Positions 18,125-28,935 of a stretch of DNA of 64,000 nt are shown one piece after another. The stretch comes from an uncultured bacterium (lineage in GTDB: Bacteria; Macinerneyibacteriota; Macinerneyibacteria; Macinerneyibacteriales; CAYRFE01): NCBI GenBank assembly GCA_964423645.1, contig CAYRFE010000008.1, forward strand, positions 37,333 through 101,332, read 5' to 3'. Position numbers and translations under genes: made by a program. Below the pieces are notes generated by a model. It was given only the letters and a program-made list of their open reading frames with translations, did no database searches and had not been told where the DNA came from. Every line of letters starts with the position of its first letter. Within the stretch, counting starts at the first letter, position 1.

Positions 18125-19484
18125 GATATTCCTCCGTAATGGTAAACGCGGTACCGGTGTAACGACTTGCCTCAATTGCCCGTGAATTATACGTGAGAAT
18201 GGCCGATAAATACTCTCGTTCCAGTGCAATATACTCATCTTCAATAGAAATCATTTCTTGCAATGTCAGCGCACCCATCGCAAAAAAATTAGCGCTTGCA
18301 CGATAATTCTCGCGCATCGTGGGGAGAACATCTTCATACACTTTCACTTTATCATGATTGTACGCGACGTCCTTTAATAATTCACTAAATTCACGATCGA
18401 CAGATTCAATTTTTTCATCAAACTCGTTTTTCTTGAGCAAATAATCAATTTTTTCCATTTTAATACTTGAATACTTCATCAAATTAGAGAAGGGTATAGT
18501 CAATTTGAGACCAACCGAATAATTAGAATATTCAAACCCGTCACTTCCGTAAGCACCGGAATCATCATACCCGATATGTAAAAATCCGGATAATTTCATA
18601 CTGTTTTGATCCAGTGCAATACGATGTGCCCGGTATGCGTCATCAAGCGAGCGATGTATATCACGGCGTTTTTCATCGGGAATCGTACCGATCATATCTT
18701 TATTGATGTTCTTTATGGAAAAACTCACTTCATTGAGGGTTCCGTTAATAAATTGTTCGGCGATCCTGCGTGCTTCGTCTCTGTTTTTTTCGGCACTGCT
18801 CATATCGAGTTCTGCAAATTTAAACCGTTTTTTTATACGACTGTAATCCACGATCGTCATCAACCCCAAGGCATATTTGTTTCGAGCGCCGTCATGGATA
18901 TCGCGGTACCGTTCGAGTTGATTCTTACTCAATTGATATTCTTTTTCCGCAAGACATACTTGGATATAGATCGTGTAACATTTTTGCAGCAACTCCAGTT
19001 CATATTCTTTTGTTTTGTAATGACGCGATTCGCGTGCATTTCTCCAGAGACGATAATTATGATACGGCGTGTTGATACCCCATACTGTTTGCTCAACAGA
19101 CAGCGTCAATGCACTACGTTCCTCGGTCTCGTTATCGGTAAAATCATAATGATCATATTGGTATGAAGCGGCAATATTCGTATTACTGGGAAGGCTCTGT
19201 GTCAACGATAATCTCCCCTGATAATCATAATATTCACTCGTTGTACCGGTTAAAGAAAAACTTGTTTTATCGCTTACATACTGCGGTTGCAAGGTTGCAT
19301 CGACGAGTGGAACTATAGCGGATAAACGACGCATTTCATTCCAATAGTCGTATTTTTTTAAAAGTTCATTATCACGATACGTATCACTTTTTTTAAACGC
19401 TTGTTTTGCGAATTCCTCAAAGGTCAACGCCCTAACCGGTGTGAGAAGAAGCGCGACTGCAATTAAAAACAACACTATCCTCAT
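18117..19484 (-). CDS. TolC-family outer-membrane efflux protein
   Basis: Signal peptide, long helical repeats with beta-strand pairs, position between RND permease and adaptor. Confidence 0.8.
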   Translation of the reverse strand: MRIVLFLIAVALLLTPVRALTFEEFAKQAFKKSDTYRDNELLKKYDYWNEMRRLSAIVPLVDATLQPQYVSDKTSFSLTGTTSEYYDYQGRLSLTQSLPSNTNIAASYQYDHYDFTDNETEERSALTLSVEQTVWGINTPYHNYRLWRNARESRHYKTKEYELELLQKCYTIYIQVCLAEKEYQLSKNQLERYRDIHDGARNKYALGLMTIVDYSRIKKRFKFAELDMSSAEKNRDEARRIAEQFINGTLNEVSFSIKNINKDMIGTIPDEKRRDIHRSLDDAYRAHRIALDQNSMKLSGFLHIGYDDSGAYGSDGFEYSNYSVGLKLTIPFSNLMKYSSIKMEKIDYLLKKNEFDEKIESVDREFSELLKDVAYNHDKVKVYEDVLPTMRENYRASANFFAMGALTLQEMISIEDEYIALEREYLSAILTYNSRAIEASRYTGTAFTITEEYHE

Positions 19485-19485
19485 A

Positions 19486-22400
19486 TTATTCCTCCCTATG
19501 CCGACGTATGCGTGCATATGTCATACTCGTTACTTTTTTCCCGAATAAATATATTTTTTTCCCAACACGGACAGGTCCTCCGCCACGAATAAAATGCCAT
19601 ACTCCGCTATCACGATATGCGGGCTCATCGACATCGCGTTTTGCAAAAAACAAATAGAACAACGGCATAAATGTCAATGTGAATAAGGTTGAGGTCGTTA
19701 ATCCGCCAACCGTTGCATAGCTTAGATGTTTCCAAATATTTGTGTTTGCCGTTGCATCACTTTCATTTTTGATAAGAATGATCGGCAACAATCCTACAAT
19801 AGTGGTCAGCGATGTAATAAGAATTGGGCGTACACGATCCGATGCGCCGCTGATGATCGCGCGAACGCGTGAGTAATCACTGTCTGTACGTAAATGATTG
19901 ATATGATTGATCATGATGATCGCATTATTCACAACAATGCCCGCAAGTAACATTGAGCCCATTATCGCATGTACCGTGAATGTTAATTCAAAAATCTTAT
20001 AAAACCAAACCACCCCGACGAATGCAAGCGGTAAACTGATAAGAATGATCAACGGCTCAAGAAGATTTTCATAAAGTGCAGCAAGAATCATATAGATAAT
20101 AATGATTGCCATTATAAGCAACCCGATAATGCGGGTATAATCAATCTCTTCTCCAAATCCGAAAAACCGTTCCTGTTCAACAACTGAAAAACCGGGAGGA
20201 AACGCAATTGATGAGTTCAGATTTTTTTCAAAATCTTGTTGACTTACTTGCTGCCCCGAATATTCATACGAGATCGGATAGCGATAATTTTGATCATCGC
20301 GTCGAATAACTCTGTTTGTTTCTTCAAAAAGAATATCGGCGATATCACCGAGTTTAATTCCGCTTCGAATATGTAACGTGCGTAGACGATATAAACTTAA
20401 CTTTTCCTCCAAACGAAGCGCGAAGGAAATATTGTCATTACCGTATTTTATTGAGTCTCGCTGGATATAATCACGCAATAACACACTGATCTTGCGAATG
20501 ACGGTAAAAACATCAAGATTATACACACGCAGTTTTTCAGAATCGAAACGTACAACCACTTTTTTGATCGCATCCGTATTATCTGCACCAAGCTTGACAT
20601 TACTGACTTCGCGGAATTGCTCAAACGCAGGTTTGAATTGATATTCGGCAAATTCTTTCAATTTTTCATAGTTGTATCCTTGCAGATATATGGTCGAGGC
20701 ATATCGCGTCCCTCCCATAAATCCACCGCCGAAGTCGGGACCAATACCCGAGACCCGCACGGAAACTTGGGATTTTCGTGCTCCATAAATTTTCAGTTTT
20801 TCACGCAATGAGTATGCTTCTGCGCTCCTCACAAACGGTTCTTTAAAATACACCAGAATACGCGCTGAATAAGAACTGATCGATGTGCGATAATAATCAA
20901 CCGTCTCGTTTCCGGCGATTAATCCTTCAAATAAAGTCACTTCATCTTTCAAGCGAAAATCGGGGACATTTGCTTCTGTATAAAAAAAGCAGGTGATCCA
21001 CGGATCATATTCCCCCCCGCCAAAGGTAAAACTCGAACGATCAACTTTGGTCACAAAAGTATAAATGCTGTGACCTACGATAAAAAGAATAAGGAACAGT
21101 ACAAAATAACGGAACCGAAATATAAAGCGAATATATTTTTCATACACCATTTTCAGCCTGCTTGTACGTTCACGTTTACGTTCTTCGATATGAAATCGTA
21201 AAAAGGCGATCGGAATCAAGGTAAATGAGACAAGGATAGACACAATCAATGACACACAGACTGTTTTTGCGAAAGGAATGTAATAGATCTTCAAATCATC
21301 CTGCAAAAAAACAAACGGTATTAACACACAGATTGTCGTGAGTGTGGACGCAAGGATCGGCATAAACATCTCGCGGTATGTCGTTATGATCGCGTTTTTT
21401 ATCGACATTCCTTTATAATAAAGTTTATGTATGCTTTCATATTCGACAACTGCATTATCAACCAACAATCCGAACGCAAGGGCAAGTCCGCTCATGGTGA
21501 ACATATTAAGAGATTCTTTCGAAAAAAATAAAAAATTAAGTGCAATAGATGCCGAAAGAAAAATCGACATCATGGTTATCAGTGAAGAGCGGATATTTCT
21601 CATGAATGCAAACAGCACTAAAAAGATCGCTGCTACTGCAACCGAGATTTGAACCGCAAGATGACGATAATCTTTTACAATATCCTTGCCCTCGTCATCA
21701 GCTACGGTATATCCGAATACCGACTGATTATCTAATATCTCCTGTAATTTTTCCTTAACGGCTTTTGATACACTGAGCGCATTTGCATTTCTGCTTTTCG
21801 CCAATACGACATATACTGCCGCGTGACCGTCAATTTTATGTATTCCGTCAACAGGGTCTTCATTGACAAAAGAAATATCCGCCACTTGTCCAAGCTGAAT
21901 TTTATTGCCGATATCCCAATTTTTGATTTGTGAAGGATCTACATCATTGACAAACGTCACATATCGTCTCATCCCTTGGTCTTCTAAATGACCGATGACT
22001 TGTTTTTTATTAAGATTATTGAGACGAAGGATCAAATCGTTAAACGAAACATTATACTGCTCTATGGCTTCGGCTCGATAGACAATACGTAACTCCTTGG
22101 TAACACCGCCTTGAATAACGACATCTGCGACACCGGGAATGCCCGACAATTCGCGTTTTAAGGTCTGCTCGGCAAATCTGGTGAGATAATATCGGTCAAA
22201 TGCTCCCCCGCCTTCCTGTGCAGCACTAAAAAGATAAAAACTAAAAAACGTTGCATCGCCGATATCATAGGGAACATACGGTTCTACACGCGGAGGGGAC
22301 ATATCAGCCGGAAGCTTTGACTTGAGAGATGACACGCGTTCATTAACAAGAAATACGGTAAAATTGATATCTGCATCACGCTCTAACTCTATTTCGATAT

Positions 22401-22668
22401 ACGCACTGCCCTGTCGAGTCGTTGATGTAATTTTCTTAACACCTTTCACGGTATAGATATCTTCTTCAATGATCGACGTAATAAAACGAACAATATTTTC
22501 AGGCGATTGGTTGCCCCAAAACGCTCTTACCGTGATCTTCGGATAACTTACGTCGGGTAATTTTTCTTTTGGGATTTGATTAAATGCATACGTTCCCAAA
22601 ATCAACATGAGAACGAAGATCATCACAAACGACTTGGGACGTTTTATTGCAAGTTCAGATAAATTCAT
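19486..22668 (-). CDS. RND efflux permease (AcrB/MdtB-like), subunit 1
   Basis: LAIKRP N-terminus, GLLVDNAVV, GIVVNNAII, RVRPILITSLTT; 1060 aa. Confidence 0.95.
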   Translation of the reverse strand: MNLSELAIKRPKSFVMIFVLMLILGTYAFNQIPKEKLPDVSYPKITVRAFWGNQSPENIVRFITSIIEEDIYTVKGVKKITSTTRQGSAYIEIELERDADINFTVFLVNERVSSLKSKLPADMSPPRVEPYVPYDIGDATFFSFYLFSAAQEGGGAFDRYYLTRFAEQTLKRELSGIPGVADVVIQGGVTKELRIVYRAEAIEQYNVSFNDLILRLNNLNKKQVIGHLEDQGMRRYVTFVNDVDPSQIKNWDIGNKIQLGQVADISFVNEDPVDGIHKIDGHAAVYVVLAKSRNANALSVSKAVKEKLQEILDNQSVFGYTVADDEGKDIVKDYRHLAVQISVAVAAIFLVLFAFMRNIRSSLITMMSIFLSASIALNFLFFSKESLNMFTMSGLALAFGLLVDNAVVEYESIHKLYYKGMSIKNAIITTYREMFMPILASTLTTICVLIPFVFLQDDLKIYYIPFAKTVCVSLIVSILVSFTLIPIAFLRFHIEERKRERTSRLKMVYEKYIRFIFRFRYFVLFLILFIVGHSIYTFVTKVDRSSFTFGGGEYDPWITCFFYTEANVPDFRLKDEVTLFEGLIAGNETVDYYRTSISSYSARILVYFKEPFVRSAEAYSLREKLKIYGARKSQVSVRVSGIGPDFGGGFMGGTRYASTIYLQGYNYEKLKEFAEYQFKPAFEQFREVSNVKLGADNTDAIKKVVVRFDSEKLRVYNLDVFTVIRKISVLLRDYIQRDSIKYGNDNISFALRLEEKLSLYRLRTLHIRSGIKLGDIADILFEETNRVIRRDDQNYRYPISYEYSGQQVSQQDFEKNLNSSIAFPPGFSVVEQERFFGFGEEIDYTRIIGLLIMAIIIIYMILAALYENLLEPLIILISLPLAFVGVVWFYKIFELTFTVHAIMGSMLLAGIVVNNAIIMINHINHLRTDSDYSRVRAIISGASDRVRPILITSLTTIVGLLPIILIKNESDATANTNIWKHLSYATVGGLTTSTLFTLTFMPLFYLFFAKRDVDEPAYRDSGVWHFIRGGGPVRVGKKIYLFGKKVTSMTYARIRRHREE

Positions 22669-22746
22669 GTTACATCTCCTGATACCGAAGCATCACGCGG
22701 TTATGAGTTATTTTCGTATACCTTTCCACTTTCGAGTCTCTCTCAA

Positions 22747-23802
22747 TTACTTTTCATTATATTCTTTAAAATCTGCTTGGTAAATCGAGGTCATATCAAG
22801 CTCTTCGGTACCGTCATCCTTAAAAATATTTTTTTGAAACCACACTTTTCCGTTTGAAGCGATATATATATTCATCGGTAATTCATTTTTTTTATGCGGG
22901 AATACATAGACACCTTTTAAAACCCCGTTAAGATCATAACATTCCATCATCTTTTTCTCTTCGCCCTCCTGCTCAGGAGCCATAAGATACATTTCGCCGT
23001 TATGCACCTGAGAAATTAAAAAACCCTTTCCTTTTACGGAAATCGATCTGCTGTCGTTCGTTGATGATGTCTTAATATCCGCTTTTTCCTCTTTCAACGC
23101 AAACTTAGGCACAACGGTTGCGCTAATCGTATACGTGTTATTTTTGAATGTTCCGAATACCACGTTCCCCGTCATGAATTTTGCAAGAATAACTTTTTCA
23201 CCGTCAAAGTAGCGAACGAATGAAAGATTCGAAAAATACTCACGGATCTCTTCACCACTCATTTTCGTCATATCGATTTGCTTCCCGGGTATAATTTCTT
23301 GAATGAACGAACCATCTGCATTGACATGAATCAGTTCGCTTTTCGCCATCATGAGTGAGACACACATCGTACCGTCTTTGAGCATATAAACGGTATTTAT
23401 ATTTCCATTGTCTAGAATGACTTCGTCAACAAATGTAAATGCTTTTTTTCGGTCGTCAAAGGCAAATGACATGATCTTTTTTAACATCCCGTCGTAAACA
23501 TAAAGTGTGTTATTATTAATGCCGGCGATTTGAACCGATTGAGAAAACTCTCCCGGCCCTTTTCCCTCTTTTTTATACGTCCAAAAGATTTTTCCTTCTC
23601 CATCTAACGCACATACCTCTGAAGTCTTACGATCAACAAATACAAAATAACCGTCCCCTTCGGTAAAGGATGATATCATCGCGGGTTTTTCGAGTTGGAT
23701 TTTTTTGGTTTCCACGACCCGGCCGCGTGTCATAATTTTTTTACTTTCACCACATCCAAAAGTAACCGCGATACTGATCACAATAAAGAGCAAGAATCTC
23801 AT
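22747..23802 (-). CDS. 6-bladed beta-propeller putative lipoprotein
   Basis: Hydrophobic signal ending FG-C; GKGPGEF motif and repeated blade-like segments. Confidence 0.75.
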   Translation of the reverse strand: MRFLLFIVISIAVTFGCGESKKIMTRGRVVETKKIQLEKPAMISSFTEGDGYFVFVDRKTSEVCALDGEGKIFWTYKKEGKGPGEFSQSVQIAGINNNTLYVYDGMLKKIMSFAFDDRKKAFTFVDEVILDNGNINTVYMLKDGTMCVSLMMAKSELIHVNADGSFIQEIIPGKQIDMTKMSGEEIREYFSNLSFVRYFDGEKVILAKFMTGNVVFGTFKNNTYTISATVVPKFALKEEKADIKTSSTNDSRSISVKGKGFLISQVHNGEMYLMAPEQEGEEKKMMECYDLNGVLKGVYVFPHKKNELPMNIYIASNGKVWFQKNIFKDDGTEELDMTSIYQADFKEYNEK

Positions 23803-24009
23803 ATAATCCTCCTTATAATAGAAGCTTATACGTCACACGCAAATCGGTGTTGCATATATACGCACATATGACAGTTAACGGAACATAAAAGTTTCACCTA
23901 GAAGCGGATACACACATACCTATATCATATATTGATGAAATTGCAAGCAAATTACTTATCGGGACGCAATCTTGAAAGCAATCATTTGAATAAATTGACT
24001 TTCAAACCA

Positions 24010-24211
24010 GAGACCTTTGCGAAATTCAAAATTTGTCATTTTTCTGGTTTTATCAAATAGGGGTGGGGGGACGAAGTCGGGCGCATGGTATGCGCCCGCT
24101 ACAGTAGGAATTTTTGTAGGGGCAGAAGATCTTTCTGCCCGCCTCCCGATTTCCACGGGAGGGGTTTGGGGTGGGCACAAATTCAAAAAATGATGGTTTT
24201 GCAAAGCTCTC
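24010..24211 (-). mobile_element. MITE copy C (202 bp), best-preserved terminal inverted repeats
   Basis: GAGACCTTTGCGAAA ... TTTTGCAAAGCTCTC; internal back-to-back GTAG REP-like hairpins. Confidence 0.85.
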
Positions 24212-24487
24212 AACCATTTAAAAAATACCATGTATCGAATGATGTGCCCACCAAATACTTATTGTTTTGTGTATGAAGCGTTTGCGTTTTTCTATAGTAA
24301 TGAGATCTTCGATCACACTCCTTCATAATAACAAAGATATATAAAATACAAAAATGAAATTTATAAAGGTCGGTTTTTTCTTGAAAACATACGCATCAGC
24401 GCAATGACACACCCCTTATTACAACATACCTGTATGCTAGAACATTCGTGATACGGCGTGAGTTATTTGAGCATAGACGATCTCCAC

Positions 24488-25369
24488 TCATTTTCCATAC
24501 ACTAACTCAAGCGGTATCTCATAAATAAGAAAATCATCCTCCTGTTCCCAGCTGATAAAACCGTTGTCAGCAAAGTGTTGTTTACCGGGGTGATGTGTAG
24601 GGACGATCGCCTCGCAATAATCAAAGCCATTCTCCATTATGGAAAACTGTGCAAACGCAAATAACTCTTGTGCATGCTCTTTTGTGTGCGCAGCGATAAA
24701 AATGATCTTCCCGTGTTGACGCTCACGATCAATACGAAGCACCATAAGTGCACGCAGTTTCTCCTGTTCACGAATTCCCCATAATGCTCCCGGTGTGCAA
24801 AAATTCTCTTTAAGTATATCTTCCGTATACGGATACACTCTCCACCCGTCACAAAGAAAAGTGTCAAACCATTGTGATGTTCGAATAAACTCCAAAACTT
24901 CTTCATCTGCACAACATGGCTCTATGTGCAGAAACTCAGCCCTATTGATCTCAGATTCATAATTTTTTGATTTTACCGACATTGTGCGCACAACTTCAAA
25001 TCCCAAACGCTCATTTAAAATACGCGATTGCGTATTGCCGAAATAGGTAGAAAAACGCACTGAGTGAAGCCCTTTCCTATGCTTAAGCCACCGTAAGTAA
25101 TACCTGCTGAGCGCCGTCCCTACCCCACGAACTGTCGTGTCGGGATCTTTACGCAGTCCTTCCATCCACGCATCATACGGTGTAAGAAACGTCAGCTTTG
25201 CAAACCCGACCACCGCTCCTTCAAATTCGATCATTGTGAATTCGCCGTCGGTATCAGCGCACCATGCATCGAATACGTACGGCATGTAGTCGTCGCCATC
25301 CCAGATCTTTGCACTTATTCTTTCAACTGCTTCACGATCGCGAGCATTTGCCGGTCTAAATACAAACAT
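24488..25369 (-). CDS. GNAT family N-acetyltransferase
   Basis: FRPA...D, WMEGLRKDP...RGVGTAL acetyl-CoA-binding motif. Confidence 0.85.
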   Translation of the reverse strand: MFVFRPANARDREAVERISAKIWDGDDYMPYVFDAWCADTDGEFTMIEFEGAVVGFAKLTFLTPYDAWMEGLRKDPDTTVRGVGTALSRYYLRWLKHRKGLHSVRFSTYFGNTQSRILNERLGFEVVRTMSVKSKNYESEINRAEFLHIEPCCADEEVLEFIRTSQWFDTFLCDGWRVYPYTEDILKENFCTPGALWGIREQEKLRALMVLRIDRERQHGKIIFIAAHTKEHAQELFAFAQFSIMENGFDYCEAIVPTHHPGKQHFADNGFISWEQEDDFLIYEIPLELVYGK

Positions 25370-25452
25370 ATTTCCTCCAATTTTTGATTATTTTCCTGCA
25401 TACTACTTCATGACAAGCTTTCCGTCAAGTATATTCAGTGTGCCGCAAAATA

Positions 25453-25533
25453 TTGAAATAATGGTTGCTGTATTTCAAACATCCGCAGCTGTATCCTTGA
25501 AAAATCAGTGTACTGTGGATATACTATCACTGA
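25453..25533. promoter_or_regulatory. Porin promoter (TTGAAA-N17-TATACT, 25497-25525) with two palindromes
   Basis: TTGAAATA-N10-TATTTCAA at 25453-25478; TCAGTG-N17-CACTGA at 25505-25533. Confidence 0.55.
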
Positions 25534-25551
25534 AATAAAAGGAGGTTTCTC

Positions 25552-26358
25552 ATGAAGAAAATGGTGGCAATACTTATTGTGTGCACAGCGTTTTTAGGTA
25601 GTGTTTTTGCAGACGTTACTTTCGGCGTGAAGGCAGGCGGGGGCTTGACAAATCCTTCGCAGTTCATTTTTGATGAATGGGGTATCCCGGATGAATTTCA
25701 AAAAAATACTTTTAATTTCATGGGAGGTATTTTTGTCGATTATCCGCTCAACAATGTTTTCAGCATCGAATCAGGAATCTATTATGCACCCCGCTCGTTG
25801 AAAATTGAATATCTTTATGAAAATTATCATGATTACCAAAAGCAAAATATATCATGGCGCTCTACCTGTGATATAGAGATGAAAATGTCATATCTCGAAA
25901 TACCTATGCTCTTAAAAATACACACCGACGTTATCACACCATATGCGGGAATAAGCGCAGCGATACTCTTGGGAAATGACGGTATTGATTATATAACCAC
26001 CGGGACCGGGTACGATCAGGACGGTACTATAAACTATGACAATACAAACGATATTTCTGCATCTAACATAAAAGATTGCCTCAATAGCTTGGTATTTAAT
26101 GCACAAATGGGCTTGCAATATAATCTTACCGACAGTATTGTAATTGACATACGTTATGTACTGGGATTATCAGCTATCGAAAAATATTACGAAATAAGTG
26201 AAGCTGAGAATAACCGCTTGCAAGGATTAACAGAAAAAGAACGTAATACATGGTATAATGAACACCCATTCCGCTATGATGGCACGGTCAATACCTATGA
26301 AGACACAGAATCAATTTCTTTATCTTCGCTATACTTAATGGTAGGTTATCAGTTTTAA
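25552..26358 (+). CDS. Outer-membrane beta-barrel protein (same PorT-like family as the array, longer loops)
   Basis: FGVKAGGG, YLEIPMLLK, DIRYVLGLS, YLMVGYQF. Confidence 0.8.
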   Translation: MKKMVAILIVCTAFLGSVFADVTFGVKAGGGLTNPSQFIFDEWGIPDEFQKNTFNFMGGIFVDYPLNNVFSIESGIYYAPRSLKIEYLYENYHDYQKQNISWRSTCDIEMKMSYLEIPMLLKIHTDVITPYAGISAAILLGNDGIDYITTGTGYDQDGTINYDNTNDISASNIKDCLNSLVFNAQMGLQYNLTDSIVIDIRYVLGLSAIEKYYEISEAENNRLQGLTEKERNTWYNEHPFRYDGTVNTYEDTESISLSSLYLMVGYQF

Positions 26359-26368
26359 TGACGATTTC

Positions 26369-26392
26369 ACAAGGGGCGAAAGCCCCTTTTAT
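26369..26392. terminator. Intrinsic terminator between convergent genes
   Basis: AAGGGGC-GAAA-GCCCCTTTT. Confidence 0.8.
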
Positions 26393-26403
26393 TCTCTGAT
26401 TCC

Positions 26404-27048
26404 TCAAGAAAAAAGTGATTTCAAATCTTTTATAGATTTTGCGACAGCATTTACATGTACCTTTTCAAGTTCATCGAGAGTTCCGTACCCCCACGTGACA
26501 CCAATACTGTCAACACCATTTTTCTTCGCACCGATGATGTCATGCTCCCGATCACCGATCATCACACATGCTGAAGGATCATACGGAAACTGCAAGAGAG
26601 CATATGCGATCAGTTCGCCTTTATCGGTCATGGTCAAGTCCATATTGCTGCCGATCACTCGTGAAAATAATCGGTTCAAATTGAAATGCGCCACTATTTT
26701 CTCTGCATAAAGCGTTGGTTTTGAGGTAACGACAATATTGATACAGCCTTGCGCTTGAATATGTGACAAAATGTCTTCGATACCCGCGTAAACTTCGTTT
26801 TCATATAATCCTTTTGTACCAAAATACTCACGATAATACGCAACCGCCTGTATCGCTTCCGCCTCCGTCATGGCATAAAACCGTTGAAACGACTCTTTCA
26901 ACGGAGGACCTATAAACGGCGTGAGCATATCGCGATCGTTGACAATTATACCGAATTTCGCAAGCGCATACTGTACTGATTTGGTAATACCGATCTTCGG
27001 GTCAGTGAGAGTACCGTCGAGATCCCACATATAAAGACGGTATTTCAT
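26404..27048 (-). CDS. HAD-family hydrolase (phosphoglycolate phosphatase/5'-nucleotidase-like)
   Basis: WDLDGTLTD motif I, TSKP, MIGDREHD motif IV. Confidence 0.93.
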   Translation of the reverse strand: MKYRLYMWDLDGTLTDPKIGITKSVQYALAKFGIIVNDRDMLTPFIGPPLKESFQRFYAMTEAEAIQAVAYYREYFGTKGLYENEVYAGIEDILSHIQAQGCINIVVTSKPTLYAEKIVAHFNLNRLFSRVIGSNMDLTMTDKGELIAYALLQFPYDPSACVMIGDREHDIIGAKKNGVDSIGVTWGYGTLDELEKVHVNAVAKSIKDLKSLFS

Positions 27049-27830
27049 ATTGTGATACTTTTCCACGTATTTTTTTGTCGGTAAAACAACTCATTAAAGC
27101 CGCATTCACGTATAAGGTCAATTGCCTTGTCATACGGCGTATCAAAGTCACTCATCTGATGCGAATCAGAACCGAGTGTAAGCAATCGCCCGCCCTGCTC
27201 GCGGTATCGGGCAAGAATCACAGGATCGGGAATTATCGATCGCAACGATTTACGCAATCCTGAAAAATTTACTTCCAATGCGATATCATTGGCTATCATT
27301 TGTGCGAATATTGTATCAATGACGGGATAATACGTCGTTTTATCACATGGTGTTGTGCCATATCGTTCATAAATCCCCAAATGTCCGATACAGTGAATGC
27401 CGGCGACCCCGGTCATGGCAATATGCTCTTCATAATATTCAAAAATGTCTTTGTCGGTAAGCGGTAACATGGGATATACCGACACTTCCCGTGTATCCGG
27501 CATTCGATGCAACGATGCAATAATAAACTCGGGAGGATAATCGCTGAGTAACGCAGAAAATTCATTCGGGTAGCGATGCGGTTCACTGAATTCAATTCCG
27601 CGAATAAGGGTTAATTTTCCATCATAGGCATTTTGTAATCCATCCATGACCGTTGCATAACGTTCCAAATCAGGCAATCCGTGTTTTGTGCGATCAAGCG
27701 GATGAAGATCATAATGATCGGTAATCGCGAGTATGGTATAATGCCTTTCGACAGCTTTTTCAACAATAACATTAGGATCGATAGACGAATCACAGCTGAA
27801 CGTTGTGTGCAAATGGCAATCAATTTTCAT
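27045..27830 (-). CDS. PHP-family histidinol-phosphatase-like protein
   Basis: DCHLHT.FS.D, ITDH, GIEF, GHL, TLGSDSH motifs. Confidence 0.9.
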   Translation of the reverse strand: MKIDCHLHTTFSCDSSIDPNVIVEKAVERHYTILAITDHYDLHPLDRTKHGLPDLERYATVMDGLQNAYDGKLTLIRGIEFSEPHRYPNEFSALLSDYPPEFIIASLHRMPDTREVSVYPMLPLTDKDIFEYYEEHIAMTGVAGIHCIGHLGIYERYGTTPCDKTTYYPVIDTIFAQMIANDIALEVNFSGLRKSLRSIIPDPVILARYREQGGRLLTLGSDSHQMSDFDTPYDKAIDLIRECGFNELFYRQKNTWKSITI

Positions 27831-27923
27831 CGAGTATTTCCTCCATGCGCCAAGTATAATAACGTTTCTTGAAAAAGTCGAGCGTTATGAACGAAAGTAT
27901 ACTCAAATATGTCAAAGCACCTG

Positions 27924-28460
27924 CTATTTAGGTTCATTCATCACAAAAATTTTATTACTGAAATATTTTTCAAAAAGAATCCCTACAAGAATAATGATAG
28001 GCAATGTCAACACTGTTCTGAGTAAAGAAAATTTCCATCCTAGAAAACCGATCTCAAACGTGAGCATCGGAATTTTCATCGTAGAAAACGCCCCAAGGAA
28101 AATAAAAATATTGCGCACGCTTGCGCCTTTTTTCCATAAGAGATATGCCACGGGAAACGCGCCGTATAACGGTCCCGCCTGTGTCATCGACAACACAACA
28201 ACAATCGCCATTCCTTTTATACCCGATGTGTCGCCGATATGCGCTTTCACTTTTTCTTTATCGATCCATACGTCAGCAAGCCCGATCAAAATGAACATCA
28301 ACGGTAAAAAGACGAGCATTTCTTTTAAAAACAACCAAAACGTATCTCTCACCAGCAATATACCTGTCTGCCAATCAAAATAGAATGATACACCGGCACC
28401 GATAGTAAAAAGTAGCACGACAAAAATGTGAGGGGCATGTTTTTTAAAGTACATATGCAT
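27924..28460 (-). CDS. Predicted permease (DUF318-like), partner 2
   Basis: AGPLYGAFP motif, multiple TM segments. Confidence 0.8.
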   Translation of the reverse strand: MHMYFKKHAPHIFVVLLFTIGAGVSFYFDWQTGILLVRDTFWLFLKEMLVFLPLMFILIGLADVWIDKEKVKAHIGDTSGIKGMAIVVVLSMTQAGPLYGAFPVAYLLWKKGASVRNIFIFLGAFSTMKIPMLTFEIGFLGWKFSLLRTVLTLPIIILVGILFEKYFSNKIFVMNEPK

Positions 28461-28926
28461 ACAACACCCCCATAGCGCCGCCAACAAGCAATGCCGCAGT
28501 GAAAAAAACCGCATTACGCACAAGTGCCACTTTTAAACCGAAAAACTTGCTTTCTATAGGAAGCGTCAACACGCCGACCATCATGAGTGTAGTAATGAAT
28601 ACCGCGATCACGGGATAACTCACACCGCTTTTAACCAAGACACCTGCCAGAGGATACGCTACAAATCCCGGTATCAATGCGATCGCACCAAGTAGAGCAG
28701 CGGTTGCATACCCTGCAACGCCCGCGTCCTCGCCTAAATAGCGAACAATAGTTTCATTCGGTAAAAAAAACAAAATTATACTTATACATACCAATACTGA
28801 TAAAATAACAGGTAAAATCCCAAAAAACATAACCGCACCCTTTTTCAATCCCGCTTTCGTTTTTTTAAAATCGGCAAAAAATGACACGATACAACACACT
28901 GCGGTTATCGTAAATAAAATATACAT
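28444..28926 (-). CDS. Predicted permease (DUF318-like), partner 1
   Basis: IPGFVAYPLAG motif, multiple TM segments. Confidence 0.8.
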   Translation of the reverse strand: MYILFTITAVCCIVSFFADFKKTKAGLKKGAVMFFGILPVILSVLVCISIILFFLPNETIVRYLGEDAGVAGYATAALLGAIALIPGFVAYPLAGVLVKSGVSYPVIAVFITTLMMVGVLTLPIESKFFGLKVALVRNAVFFTAALLVGGAMGVLYAYVL

Positions 28927-28935
28927 ACCTTGTCC

